From Candidatus Omnitrophota bacterium (lineage in GTDB: Bacteria; Omnitrophota; Gorgyraeia; 2-01-FULL-45-10): a stretch of DNA of 64,000 bases. The position numbers were made by a program, and so were the translations under genes. Numbering within the stretch: the stretch's first letter is position 1; every line of letters starts with the position of its first letter. Location of the stretch: NCBI GenBank assembly GCA_026387175.1, contig JAPLME010000010.1:62096-126095 (forward strand), in the 5' to 3' direction. Below are positions 27,001-39,000 of the stretch, one piece after another. Under the pieces are notes generated by a model. The model did no database searches and was not told where the DNA came from. It saw nothing but the letters and a program-made list of their open reading frames with translations.

Positions 27001-30000
27001 CGCCAAGGCATCTTTTACCTTGAGAATGGGTATAATGCAAATCTCGATAAGAATTCTGACGGGTTCATAGAGGTCGCGCCATATCTGACAACGACCGATA
27101 CGACGTCGAAGCTGAGCGGTCTCCTCGACCAATGCAATATCACCCTGGCCCAAGGGTCGAATCCTACGAAATTCTACGCTGACCGGAACAGTGACGGCTA
27201 TATAGATCAGGCAGATGTTAACGATCTGATCCAATCTAGTGATGAGAACCTGAAAGCATGGGGTAATGCTATTCTAGGTATCCTCAATAAGAATAGCGAC
27301 GTTAACAGTATAATTGACGACAATGAGAGACTATGGATTGCGGATCCGGCTCCCAGTGAGGCCGCTCAAAAGGACGCCGCTATGATCCGCAGCTATCTCC
27401 TTACGCCGATGCATATACCCGGCACGATCATTGTGGATAAGGGGTTTGATTATATCGACCAGATGGATATTAATATACTTAAAGACACTTCGACAGAAGA
27501 TGTTGACTGTGTGACGAAAAAAGAATGGGCTAAGACTATCAAAAATTACCTTGCCAATAATAATAAGCGCGATCAGGGTATTCTCTATTGGCAGAGTGAT
27601 TATTATTCCAGCCATATTCTTCCGGATATGGATGGTAACGGTGTTGTAAATAATGCCGATATAACGGTCGTTGTGAAAGATGCCCAAGGCCACGAGACAC
27701 GGGAAAATAAGTCCGACATTTTGAAGGGATGGCTGAACGGCGATGTGCCCCAGGGAGATTACGAGCATATCATAATGCCCGGCGATGCAGGATGGGACTC
27801 TAGGTACGATCTCAATAATGACGGCATATTAAGCGGAGCAGACCTGGAAGTACTCGCAAGAAATCTAACCCTGCCCCAGGATATTGTCACTGAAGCAAAT
27901 AAGACATTGAGTGACGACAACAAGCTTTCGGATCTGACCACGTCCCAGGTTCTTAACGGCATAAAAGCGAATGGCCAGGGCTATTTCACCAATGTCAGGC
28001 TCGTCACGGCGGCTAATATCACCACGGTTCAAGCCCACCTCAATGAGGTGAACAATTTATTGGCGGATGGTAGCAAGTTTACGCGCGCTACTGAAAACCA
28101 GGTCATGACCGCAAATCAGGTCCTCGATCAGATAATATCAGGCGGCCAGAAATTCCTCGACAATATCCTGCTTGTCACAAAGGATAGTATAGAGAGTTCT
28201 CAAGCGCATCTCAATGATGTGAACAGTCAATTGAAGGGGGTTAAGTTTACGCTCACCGAGGGCCAGGTCATGACCGCGGATCAGGTCCTTAACGGTACAA
28301 TAATGAACGGCCAGACGTTCCTGAGCAATATTATGCTTGTCACAAAGGATCGTATAGTCGATTATCAGACTTCGACCAAGGCGATAAACGATGGGTTGGA
28401 TTCAGGCAATCAACTTACGTCCTTTACCCCCGACGAGATCCTTAGCGGGATAGTAGCAAACGGGCTGGTGTATTTCACCAATATCAATCTCGTCACAGTA
28501 GATAATATAACCACGTCTCAGGCCCATCTCAATGAGGTGAACAATTCATTGCCGAACGGTAACAAGTTTACACGCGCTACTGAAGACCAGGTCATGACCG
28601 CGGACCAGGTTCGTGAAGGTATAATAATGGACGGCCAGAAGTTCCTCGATAACATCAAAGATCTCGTCACGAAGGAGAATATAACCAAGTCTCAAAACTA
28701 CATCGTGGAAGCAAACAAGACATTATCGGATGGTAACCAGCTTACGCCACTGACCGCGGACCAGGTCCTTAACGGTATAATAGGGGGCGGCCAGAAGTTC
28801 CTGGACAACATCAGTTCCACACAGGCTGTTTTGGATGAATTTGTTCCTCACGGATTTGTCGCTCGTTTTAACGAATACATGATAAATAACGCGGCGCTTG
28901 TCGATGATCCGAAAGTGAGCACTGATGCTTATAGCGTATTGCTTGCCACTCATCCCGGAATTACAGATATCAATCTCGACCATAAAATAGACCATTTTGA
29001 TCTCGATACCTATTCTCTTAATTCGGAGACGCGTACGGAACGTGATCATGTGACCTATGAGACTTCGGGCAGGCTCTTTGGATACCGCGATACTGTTACA
29101 TCCCCTTCAACCCCATACCAGGTGACTGAGAGCATCGTATCGGACATCTATTATAACGAGAAGGGCCAGATGGAAGGATATAATCAACTGGATAATAGTT
29201 CGACCTTCCTCGAGTTGAACGGCAAAGACAGCGATTATGCCATTACGACCGAGAATGGGACTATGCCGGATCTCAATATAAGGAATGGGTACCTGAATTT
29301 TGATTTCAACGCCGCCACAGGAAAGTCATTCGAAGTGGGGGTGAGTATAGAAGTTGATAAATATATAGGGACATCCTTGACTCAGGAAGAGTACACTATC
29401 CATTTCGCTCTTGGTGAAAATACCGGCGAGATTAGCTACGATTCCAATACGCCATTCGAGGCTACCTATAATCTCGGCGCCGAATCAGATCTCTGCGACC
29501 GTAAATGGCATTCGGCCCTTCCCTTAAATCTGAGCCTTTATAGGATAATTGACCAGATAGCCAGTAAAAATGGCAGTCCTGCCGGCGCCCGCTATAAGCT
29601 TAACCATGTAAAAGCCATAACGCTTAAAGGCGAAGATGTCCAATTTAAAAATATATCGCTTTCGGCGGATAGCCTTCTCACCGATATAAAACCGGTTTCA
29701 GTCAAAAACTCGCAATGGAATAATGTTATTAAGACTGATCTCGGTACCTTCAATGCGCCCTACGAGAGCGAGCTTACCATAAAGGATATCAAGCGTAGAA
29801 ACTTCAAATATAATGAGCTGATGCAGTCCACCGGCTACCAGGATACGGTCTGGAGTTCCGATAACCCGGCTATCGAGACCGTAAGGACCATTTCCGCCAA
29901 CGTCTATAATGGGCTCGGCCAGATCGTAAGCTCTGACGAGAAGACCGAGACGCGCCAGAACTCGCTTACGGTGAGCTCTCCCGGCACATCGCTTTACGGT

Positions 30001-33000
30001 ATCGTCAGTAAGAAGGACAACATCTTATATAAAGACGCGAACCTGAAGTATTACGCGGATTCTATGTCCGCGGGAGTGCCGCTCGGGTTCCTCTCTTTTG
30101 AGATAGACGCCAAGAAGATGGAAGACCTGCGCGATCCTAGCCACAGTTTTAATGTCAACGCCCCGTCCGAGGATTTCGTCATTTATGTCGCGGCGAAGGT
30201 AAAAGTCGATGAAATAAACGGTAAGACAGAAGACGTCCTTGTAGCGGTGCATATTACCGAAGGTACAGAGGGGTGGAGAGATCCTTTAAACGAAGAGAAG
30301 ACAGACGAAGCGATAGGTGTGAAAAAGGTATACGACTATTATCTCTTAAACCATGTGAATAGCGATGGAGTCATTACCGACGCAAAGGATACCGGCCTCA
30401 GCATCTATGATTTTGATGCCAAAGAGAATGACAAAGATAACAATGAAGTGAAGCGCATAGCTCTCGCCAAGGAAAATGGGACCCTTGCCATAGACAGATG
30501 GTTCCGCATAGAAAGTATCAATCTCGAAACGATATGTGCCGGTAATATTCTTTCAGATAGCCACAACACACCATATGTCTTCGACCACGTTAAGTGGTTC
30601 TACATACGCGGCGGCAGTTATACGCTGCGCAACATGGTAGTTGCGGCGGATAAGTACAAATCAAATGCGGAGAAGATCTCTCTGGCGAGCTCTGACTGGC
30701 AGGTCTATGCCAGCAAAGCCACCATTATCAGTAATGATGATGCAAGCGGTTCTTCACCGGAGTCCCTCATACTCGATATCAGCACCGATTCGAGCCAGGA
30801 TACGTCAATCTCCCCCACTGACGCGGCCGGTAATACCCAGAACCTTAATTACACCGGCAAGAACTACCTGGTATTTGATTACAAAAATGACACAGAGGTT
30901 CTGGATACGCGCGACACCTTCTATATAGCCCTGTATGTTACAGGCAAGAATGGCAAGAATTACTCCCTCTATTACTATACTAATAAAATCGGTTCTCCGG
31001 TCTCAAAATATGAAACCATAAGCGGCGGATGGGCAAATTTCGGCATGGCTGAAGCATGCAAGAGCGATGTTGATTACCAGAATAAATTCAACACCGAATA
31101 TGTAGCCAAAACAGAAACAACTCCGGAAAAGGTGGGGGATGGTTTTACGACCGTTGTGAGAAATATCGATCAGGACCTGCTCGACCAGTTCGGCACCGGA
31201 CTGCAGAAGATAGGGTCGCTCTCTATGGTTACCAGGGGCGGCAAGTATCAGATCAGGAGCCTGAGATTTACCGCTTTAACCACTGCAAGTCCTACAGCGG
31301 ACTCTTGCGGCAACATTAAATACACTGACATACAGGGCAAAGAAACCAAGGTCCAGCGCGTGGCCCTTGATAAAAAACGGTGGAAAGCGACCAAGGGCGA
31401 TATATCGCTTGCGAGCGCCGGCAAGGTGACAACATCCCAGAAATGGGATATGAAGTACAATACGCAAGGCCAGCTCCTGTCTTATAAAGACAAATCTTCC
31501 AGTTCGACCGCGAAGATCATCTCTATGAATGGCGCTAAGGATGCCACTGTCTCTGTAACCGCCTCGCCATCAGAACCAGTATATCCATGGGGTGTCACAT
31601 CAGGAACAGCCGAGTTCACGCTGCTTATCGGAAATATGTATGACGACACCGAAAAGAATAATAATATTGTTATCTACTTCGGAGACTCTAAGGTTGGCTA
31701 TCAACTTACTATAAGGGCGACAGATGACCTGGGAGCCGACGCTTGGGCATGGCAGCTTGCCAAGACGGACGCGGAAGGAAACACTATGGGCCAGAGTGAA
31801 ACTAACAGTGGCCTGTGCGTTACCGGCAAGGAAGCGGATGGCTGCAAGCCGCTCAAAAAAGGCGGTTTCTATAAATTCAGAGTGGAGATATCGTCAGGCT
31901 ATGTCAGGTTTAAAGAGATATATACCAATACCGTAATAGAGCTGAAAGATCCCGATTCGCACTGGGACTGCGGCGCTCCGATCCTGAGGGTATCTGCCCG
32001 GAGCATGGACGCATCTATCGGCGCCATGTCATTTAAAGACTGGAGGACCGACGCTGACTATACTTATAACAATAACTCGCGCATCACGCCTTCCACCCCA
32101 TCGAATACGAGCGTAAGCATAACCGATCTGAGCAACCAGACCACCAAAGTCGATGCCATGTCGTACAATGAGAACGGGCTTATTCTTTCTCAGCGCGTTC
32201 GAGGCGTCGGCGCGAGCTCGCTCTACAAATTTACATATATAGATACTGATAAAGCCGCCATTATTGAGGTCAGTAACAGCACATCCTTTACTGTCCTGGA
32301 TGGGAATAATAATAAGATGTATTCCGACAGCTGGGCTGAGACGGGATCATCGGACACAGATCCGTCAAAACTGAAGAGGGACGCGGGCGCGGACAGCGTT
32401 AACTTCATGAGAGAGGTAAGCGGCTGGGACAAGAAACCGTCGTACATGGCCTATAACAATATCAAGTATGAGACGGTTAATGGGGAAGAGGGTGGGAAGG
32501 TAATAGGCATCGACTATATAGTCGACCATAAAGGGTACAGGTATGAGTTTGACAGCGAAGGGAGGCCGTCAGCGCTTTATGCAAAGGATACTTCTTTCCT
32601 TGCGGATAAAGTCGCCCACGTAACTTATTCATATGATCCCGACCTTGTCGTCAATATATACAGGGATAAATATGACGGCGATCACCATACCTCATTGCTT
32701 AAATTCAAGGCTCATTATGATGCGCACGGCACTCTGATAGCTCTCACGGGTACCGATGTCGGCGAGAACGAGAACTGTTATTCGGACTATAAAGCCGAAA
32801 TAGTTTATGATGAGGTGACCGGCGAGATCCTTACCGCCAACATTATGGAGCTCAGCACTACAGGCGATAATAAGACGGTCTTCAGCCAGTCGCAGGAGAT
32901 TTTCTATAACGGGACGCTTGTCTCGTTCACCGGGACCAGCTGGACGCTGGGTTCATCCCTTTCAAACACTGACGGCAATGTATCACTGGATACCCTTTCC

Positions 33001-36000
33001 AAATTCTTCTCCAGCCTACGTTTGAGTATCGGATCGGCGAATCAGAATGACGTTATGGCGCTTCTTACAAAGATCTCGAATAATATCAATGACGGTGATT
33101 CCAAAGCGCTTTTAGCTAAAATCGTTGGCGGAGCTGCGGCCAGTTCTATGATAGCGGCTCTCCAGGCATACGGCGGCCTGTTCGCAAGCCTTTTTGGAGC
33201 CGGTGATTTTACCGGAAAACTGGATGAATCGAAAGGTTATTTCGTATATGCCGGCAACATGCTTGTGGGCTCGGCGACCGACAAGACCTCGTATAACGTC
33301 ACTAAAGGGTCGTCTGCGGTCTCATCCGCCAGTTTCAGCCAGACGTTGATTACGAACGTTGACGAATATGGTAACGCTACCGGAAGCTCTACCGTGAGCG
33401 AAAAAGACGGTGTCATTACCAGTACCAAATGGAAGGGCGGCGATTACGATCAAAATGGCCATACCGGCTGGTATTCGACCGTCTCTTCACGCACGGATGG
33501 CACAACGACGATAACTTCAAAGAGCTCGGTAACTAACGCCAAGTATAACAACTACGGCCAGATAACGGGGTGGACCGACACCTCCTGGTCGTCTGCCACG
33601 CCCAACATAACCACGCTTACGATATATTCGAACGTCTCATACAACACTCTCGGCAAGATCGCAGGCTATACGCTTAATATCCATGATTTTGGCCAAGCGT
33701 ATGATTTTAGCCGCCTCCAGGTCTGGTCCAACATGACCTGGTCTGGCGATTTTATGACGAGCGCTACGTACACCAATATGCTGATAGACCCATCCGTTAC
33801 CGCGGGCTCCATCGAGACTATCAGTATCAACAGCCGTAAGGACGGCACAAATACGATCACCGACAGCGTATCTAACAAAAATGGCGTTCGGACTAATACG
33901 ACGAGCACCGCCAATGCCCTTGGCCTTACGATACACTCCACCAGCACCGTTTATGATGCCAATGTAAATGACCCGAGCAAGCGGACCTCGACAAACGAGA
34001 CTTATGAGATAAAATACAGCGCCTCGGGCAGTAAGATAAGCTCGCTTTCCGCGTCTGATGGCAATATTTCGCGTAGTTATTATAACGGCTACGGTAACAC
34101 ATACTATACCCATACCGACTACGCGGACGGCGGTAAATCCGATACCAGCTATTTGTATGGCAGTACCGGGCATCTCCTCTCCTCCAGCAGTTCTTATGTC
34201 AGCGCGCTACATACCGAGGACAAGGTTGAGAGTATAGACCAGGGCACGATGACATCGCATACCACGTACCGGATATACATTATCTCCGTTACGACCTACA
34301 ATGCCGCAGGCGATGCCGTTAATACCACCAGTGATTATCGTACAGAAGGCAGAACCGACATTGTTGCGATACAGGAAGGCGTTGAAGGGCACCACGATAG
34401 GCAAGACTATTGGCAGGGGCGTACTCATATCATTATAGATAACAATTATGATATCCACTGGAGTTCTACGACGCGTCAGGGAACGCAATGGACACAGACC
34501 CAGCGAACGGTAAGCGATGGCCATGGCAATGAGCTATCGAAGACGGAACTTAATACTGTGGAGAACTCTCTCTATAAGGATACCTCGACGTCCAGCTTCA
34601 TTACAGGGTATTACACGGTCTGGACGCAGACGGTCACCAGGAGCGGTAACGGTTGCAGCGGCTCCAGGCAGACGCAGACGACCTTTACCACATACATTCC
34701 GAATGCAACCGGAACAGGATTTGTAAAGGACGAGAGCAGATCATGGACACACACAACAATCGAGAAGACCGGATGGATGAACTCAGGCTGGTTCTCGATA
34801 CTCAAGATATTCGTCTCAGTCTTGGCGGCCATAAGCGGGCAGTGGTATCTGATCCTGGCAAGCGCCGCTCTCTCCGCTTTTCAGGGCATTGCGACGGGCA
34901 ACTGGATGGCGGTCGCGATGGCGATCGTGGGAGCCGTTGTAGCGATATATTTCCCCAACGGTATAGACTGGCTTCAGAATGGTAATCTCGGAATCAATGC
35001 AGTTTTTAACGGCCTCATCAGCCTGGGTATCGGAGCGGCCGCGTATTTAATCGGCTATCTCCTTAAAGATGTTTGCCCGGTGCTCGGCGCGTTATTACAA
35101 GGTGCAGGCCTTTCCATCGCGATGAGCGGCATCCAGCAGTTAGCGCGAGGTATTTGGGGTTCCTTTAATCAGACGCCAACTGGAAGTGCTGGTACTCAGA
35201 CCACTGAGAAACCGGACTTTTCATGGGCAAAAGTGTTCAGTCCGAGTAATGCCTCAAACATAGCATCAGCTGTAGTATCGGCCGGCGTGCAGATAATGGG
35301 GTTGGTAAGCGAGAGGAATAATTGGAGCCCATTCGTTAAATTCCTTGCATCTGTGGGAGGGGCCATTATTGGCGGCATCGTGGCGTGTGCCATAGGAAGT
35401 AATTTCATAAACGCTAGCCAATCAGTCCTTTCAAGTTTGGCCAATAGCTTCTTTAGCCTGGTTGGCACTTATGTCATACAGAAAATTTCTGAGAACATCG
35501 CGAAACGTTATACGGAGAAGAGAGAGGCGATAAATAAGAAGTATGATGTGCTGTTAGCCCGCCTGAAGAATGAATATAATGACGGTAAAGGCTCGATGTC
35601 ACAAGGGCAGTATGATTCGCAGAGCCAGGCCCTTGAAAATTCGCGCGGGCTGGAGCTGCAAGCCCTGGGAGACCAGCAAAATGTCGAAATGATGGGTATA
35701 AGCACCACTATAGGCGCGATCGGAGATATGTTTGCGGCAGTTATCGGGGCTATCGCCTCTAAGTATTTGATGCCGTTGATCGAGAATATATATGTAGCCG
35801 TTAAATATGACCGCAACCTGGATCAGGTAAATTTTCTACGGATAGCATTACCGAAGACATTCGAAGCTATGAAGACATCCGCGATGGCAGGAAAGCTCTT
35901 CCAGGGTAATATCGACCAATATATTCAGTTTGCTGCAAAGAATTATGGCGCAGATACGATTGAGAGCTGGGGCATTAATTTCGAGTCGTTGGGAGTAGGG

Positions 36001-39000
36001 CCGGCAGACCAGTATAAAGGCGAAGCGCTAAAACAGCAACAGTTGTCGGAAGGTAAGGGAGTCTGGGACGCTAAGGGCACAGGAATGGGCAACGCGCAAC
36101 TTAATGTACAGCAGATGAGCATGATAGACGCCATGATGTCTTTAGGATTATTTGGTGATTCAGCGAGTAATAGGGTTACCGCAGCGACATTCGGCAAGCT
36201 CACGGGTGACCAGACGATTAAAGATACGATAAGCGCGACACTTGGCGATAACGCTGTTGTGACCGATGTAAAGCTGACGACCGAGAACGGTAAGACCGTT
36301 ATAACATTTGCCGTGGACGCCAAGACCGTGACCGGCCAGGCAAAGAACCTTATGGAATCCGTCCTTAAGGCGGACTCTAACGCGAAGATCGAGGGACAGA
36401 TAGATATCCTTACCGGACAAGTCTCATTCGTGACAAAGATCGAGTCCGGCAGTATGGCGGTCCTCCTGGCTAACCTGGTCCAGAACAATGTCCTGAGCCA
36501 GGTGGCGGTCGCCAATATGACAGCTTCCGCGGAGCAAATGTGCAATGGAGATATATTTAGCGATGATGGCAAGCTCGACTTCAAGAAAGCCGCCGCAGGA
36601 GGCAGTGTCACCGTTAGACTTACCGCAAACGGCCAGGGCAGCTTCTCCTTTGATATGAACGCCAATAATCTGAACAACGAAATGAAGACTGTCGCCGGCG
36701 TTCTCGGTATTGTCGACTCTAATAATAACGTCAAAGTCGTTATCGATGCCGGATCCGGACAGATGTTCCTTGCGATGGGAAAATTGACTTCCACCCAGGC
36801 AGATAGCCTTATCGCGTTTGCCAATGATAACGGATGCAAGACATTCACCCAGCAGCTTGGCGGCCTGGGTGGCTGTGAAATCCTCGGTGGGCAGATAGGC
36901 CTGAACGCGGACGGCAACTTTGTCGGCAAGGTCCAGATCAATATTCGCGCCGGGTCGAGCACGGCCTCATTCTCACTGGGCAATGACGTGGCCGGCCTTA
37001 ACGATCTCGCGAGTATCTTTGGAAGCAATGTGCTCGCTACGATGACCGTTGAGGAAGGCGCCCAGCGGCCGACCCTTGACTCTCTGTCGTTCGGCGCGGC
37101 AAACCTTGACGATATCCTTCTCAAGCTTAACCAGATGCCGGATCTCCAGAAGGTCCTGGCCCCAGCTCTCACAAAACTCAAAGAGGCATCGGACCAGAAC
37201 CTTGTCAACCTGAACAATATAGTGGTGAAGACCGACTTTGGCATCGACAAGACGGGTGATGTGAGGGCGCTTGTCAGCTTCGTATTCAGCTCTATTACCA
37301 CGATAGACATTAAGAATATCCAGATCGCGTTCAAGGTCGATCTCTCGAAGGTCTCGATTGAGAATGGCCTGACTATAGCGACCCTGAACGGCAAGGACTT
37401 CTTCGTAGTTACCGCTGAGACCAAGGTCAATATGGCGGCCGCGCCGGTGAGTGAGATCGCGAGGGTTATCAATTCATACGCTGCCGTCCCGGAGACCGAG
37501 AGGCCTGCCGCTATGGATAAGATAAAAGAGTTAGTCGGGGAGGCCGTTGATACGAATGCGTTTTATGGAGACCGCGCTAGCGCCATAGGCGCCATTAAAG
37601 AACTGAGCGATGCCTCGAGCGCTATCCTGAACGGCCTTAAGAACGGTAATCTGACCATGCCTGAAAGATCAGAGATGGCGGATCTGCTTGAGGGCTGCCT
37701 CGATAAGGCGCGCGAACTGCTCGCATCCGACACGATCCCGTTCGATAAAGAGTTTGCGGGCCTCGCGCTAGGGATGCTGGTCAATGCCAATATCAATCTC
37801 GTCGCTCAAATAGGAAGATTCAGCAAAGATTTCGATCTCTTTGCCTGGGGCCAGATAGAAGCGTCTCTGGATGTGGTCATGAACCTTCTTTCCGTAGATA
37901 ACGTCAATAAGCTGCTGGCCGAGGGCGGCAAGGACTTCGTAATTGCCGCATTCAAGGCGCTTGGCGATATGGTCGTCAACCTTATTCAGAATTTTGCAAA
38001 TCTTGAGAAGAATGGTTTAGGCGAAAAGGCGATGAACAAGATAGCTGAGGCGTTTAACACCATAGAGGCATTCCTCACGATCGATAACGTCGTCTCTCTT
38101 CTCGACAAGGGTTTTGTGGATGTCCTTCGCGCCGCAGTCGAAACTCTGGTCAAAATGACCACAGCCCTTATAGCTAACTTTGGTAATATAAAGGATAAGG
38201 CCCTACAAGCGCAGGCCATGGGAATCATTAAAGGTGCGTTCAGTACGCTCTGTGACCAGAAGACAGGCATCCTGGCGATCGACAATGTCCTGAATATCCT
38301 TGATAAGCGGGATGGCGCTATGTTCCTCACTACAGCAGTTAATGCTCTGGGCAGCATGACCAAAGCGCTCATCGAGAACTTCTCGACATTTGCCAAGAAT
38401 GGTTTCGGCAAAGAAGCTATGGATATCATCACAACCTCGTTTAATACGCTCTGTGACCAGAAGATAGGAATTCTCGCCGTGGATAACGCGATGAAGATCC
38501 TGGCTAAGGTCGGCGGTGCGGTATTCCTTATCGCGGCTGTCAATAATCTCACGATGATGGCCGTAGCCATGATAGAGAACTTCGGTGTCTTCGCCAGTAA
38601 GGGTTTCGCGGCAGAAGCCATGAATGTGGTAGAGCTTGCTGTTACTACGGTCTCGAACCTTCTCCAGACGGATGTCATAACCGAAATGCTTAAGAAAGGC
38701 GGAGATTCGGTAAATGTCATTACCGCGGCACTCGCATCACTGACTACTATAACTGCCAAGCTCGCAGAGAACATAGCTAACTTTGGCGGTGAAAATAAGG
38801 AAGCGGCATTAAAGCTTGTACTGAAAGCGCTCGGCACATTGGTCAAGCTGGGGTCTTTTGAGGCCATCAATAATATTCTTGACTCAGCGAGGGCCGGCGG
38901 CGATGTCAAGAAGGGCGAAGCTGTGATAGCGACAGCCGCGGTAGATATCGCCTTACTGTCTAACGCGCTCTTGAATGGTAAAGGTATCGATGCCCTGACG

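Larger units (their letters stand above)
23872..29010 (+). repeat. Dockerin/EF-hand-like loop cluster 2 (about 9 loops)
   Basis: YDINGDKQIDMSD (23872), LDYNKDGVINGSD, LDTNGDNKIDILD, YDVDGNGQVNLQD, LDKNSDGFIEV, ADRNSDGYIDQAD, PDMDGNGVVNNAD, YDLNNDGILSGAD (27805), TDINLDHKIDHFD. Confidence 0.85.
15535..31390 (+). repeat. Dispersed family of about 12 CBM-like beta-jelly-roll domains (about 120-200 aa each)
   Basis: Recurring YLSFDxKAxxDF...GxxYxIxF...YxLG...DGxWHxxxxDL...IxGxxxxIKNIxLS...VSLxxxxW at about 15535, 16360, 16830, 17370, 17860, 18390, 22300, 22995, 29285, 30085 and 30860. The carbohydrate-binding fold is inferred. Confidence 0.55.

Noticed and set aside
34600-34800. Classical RHS core with DPxG cleavage site and a toxin/immunity pair
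   Set aside because: There is no PxxxxDPxG motif at the end of the repeats. The gene after the giant ORF is Lgt-like with its own promoter, not a small immunity gene.
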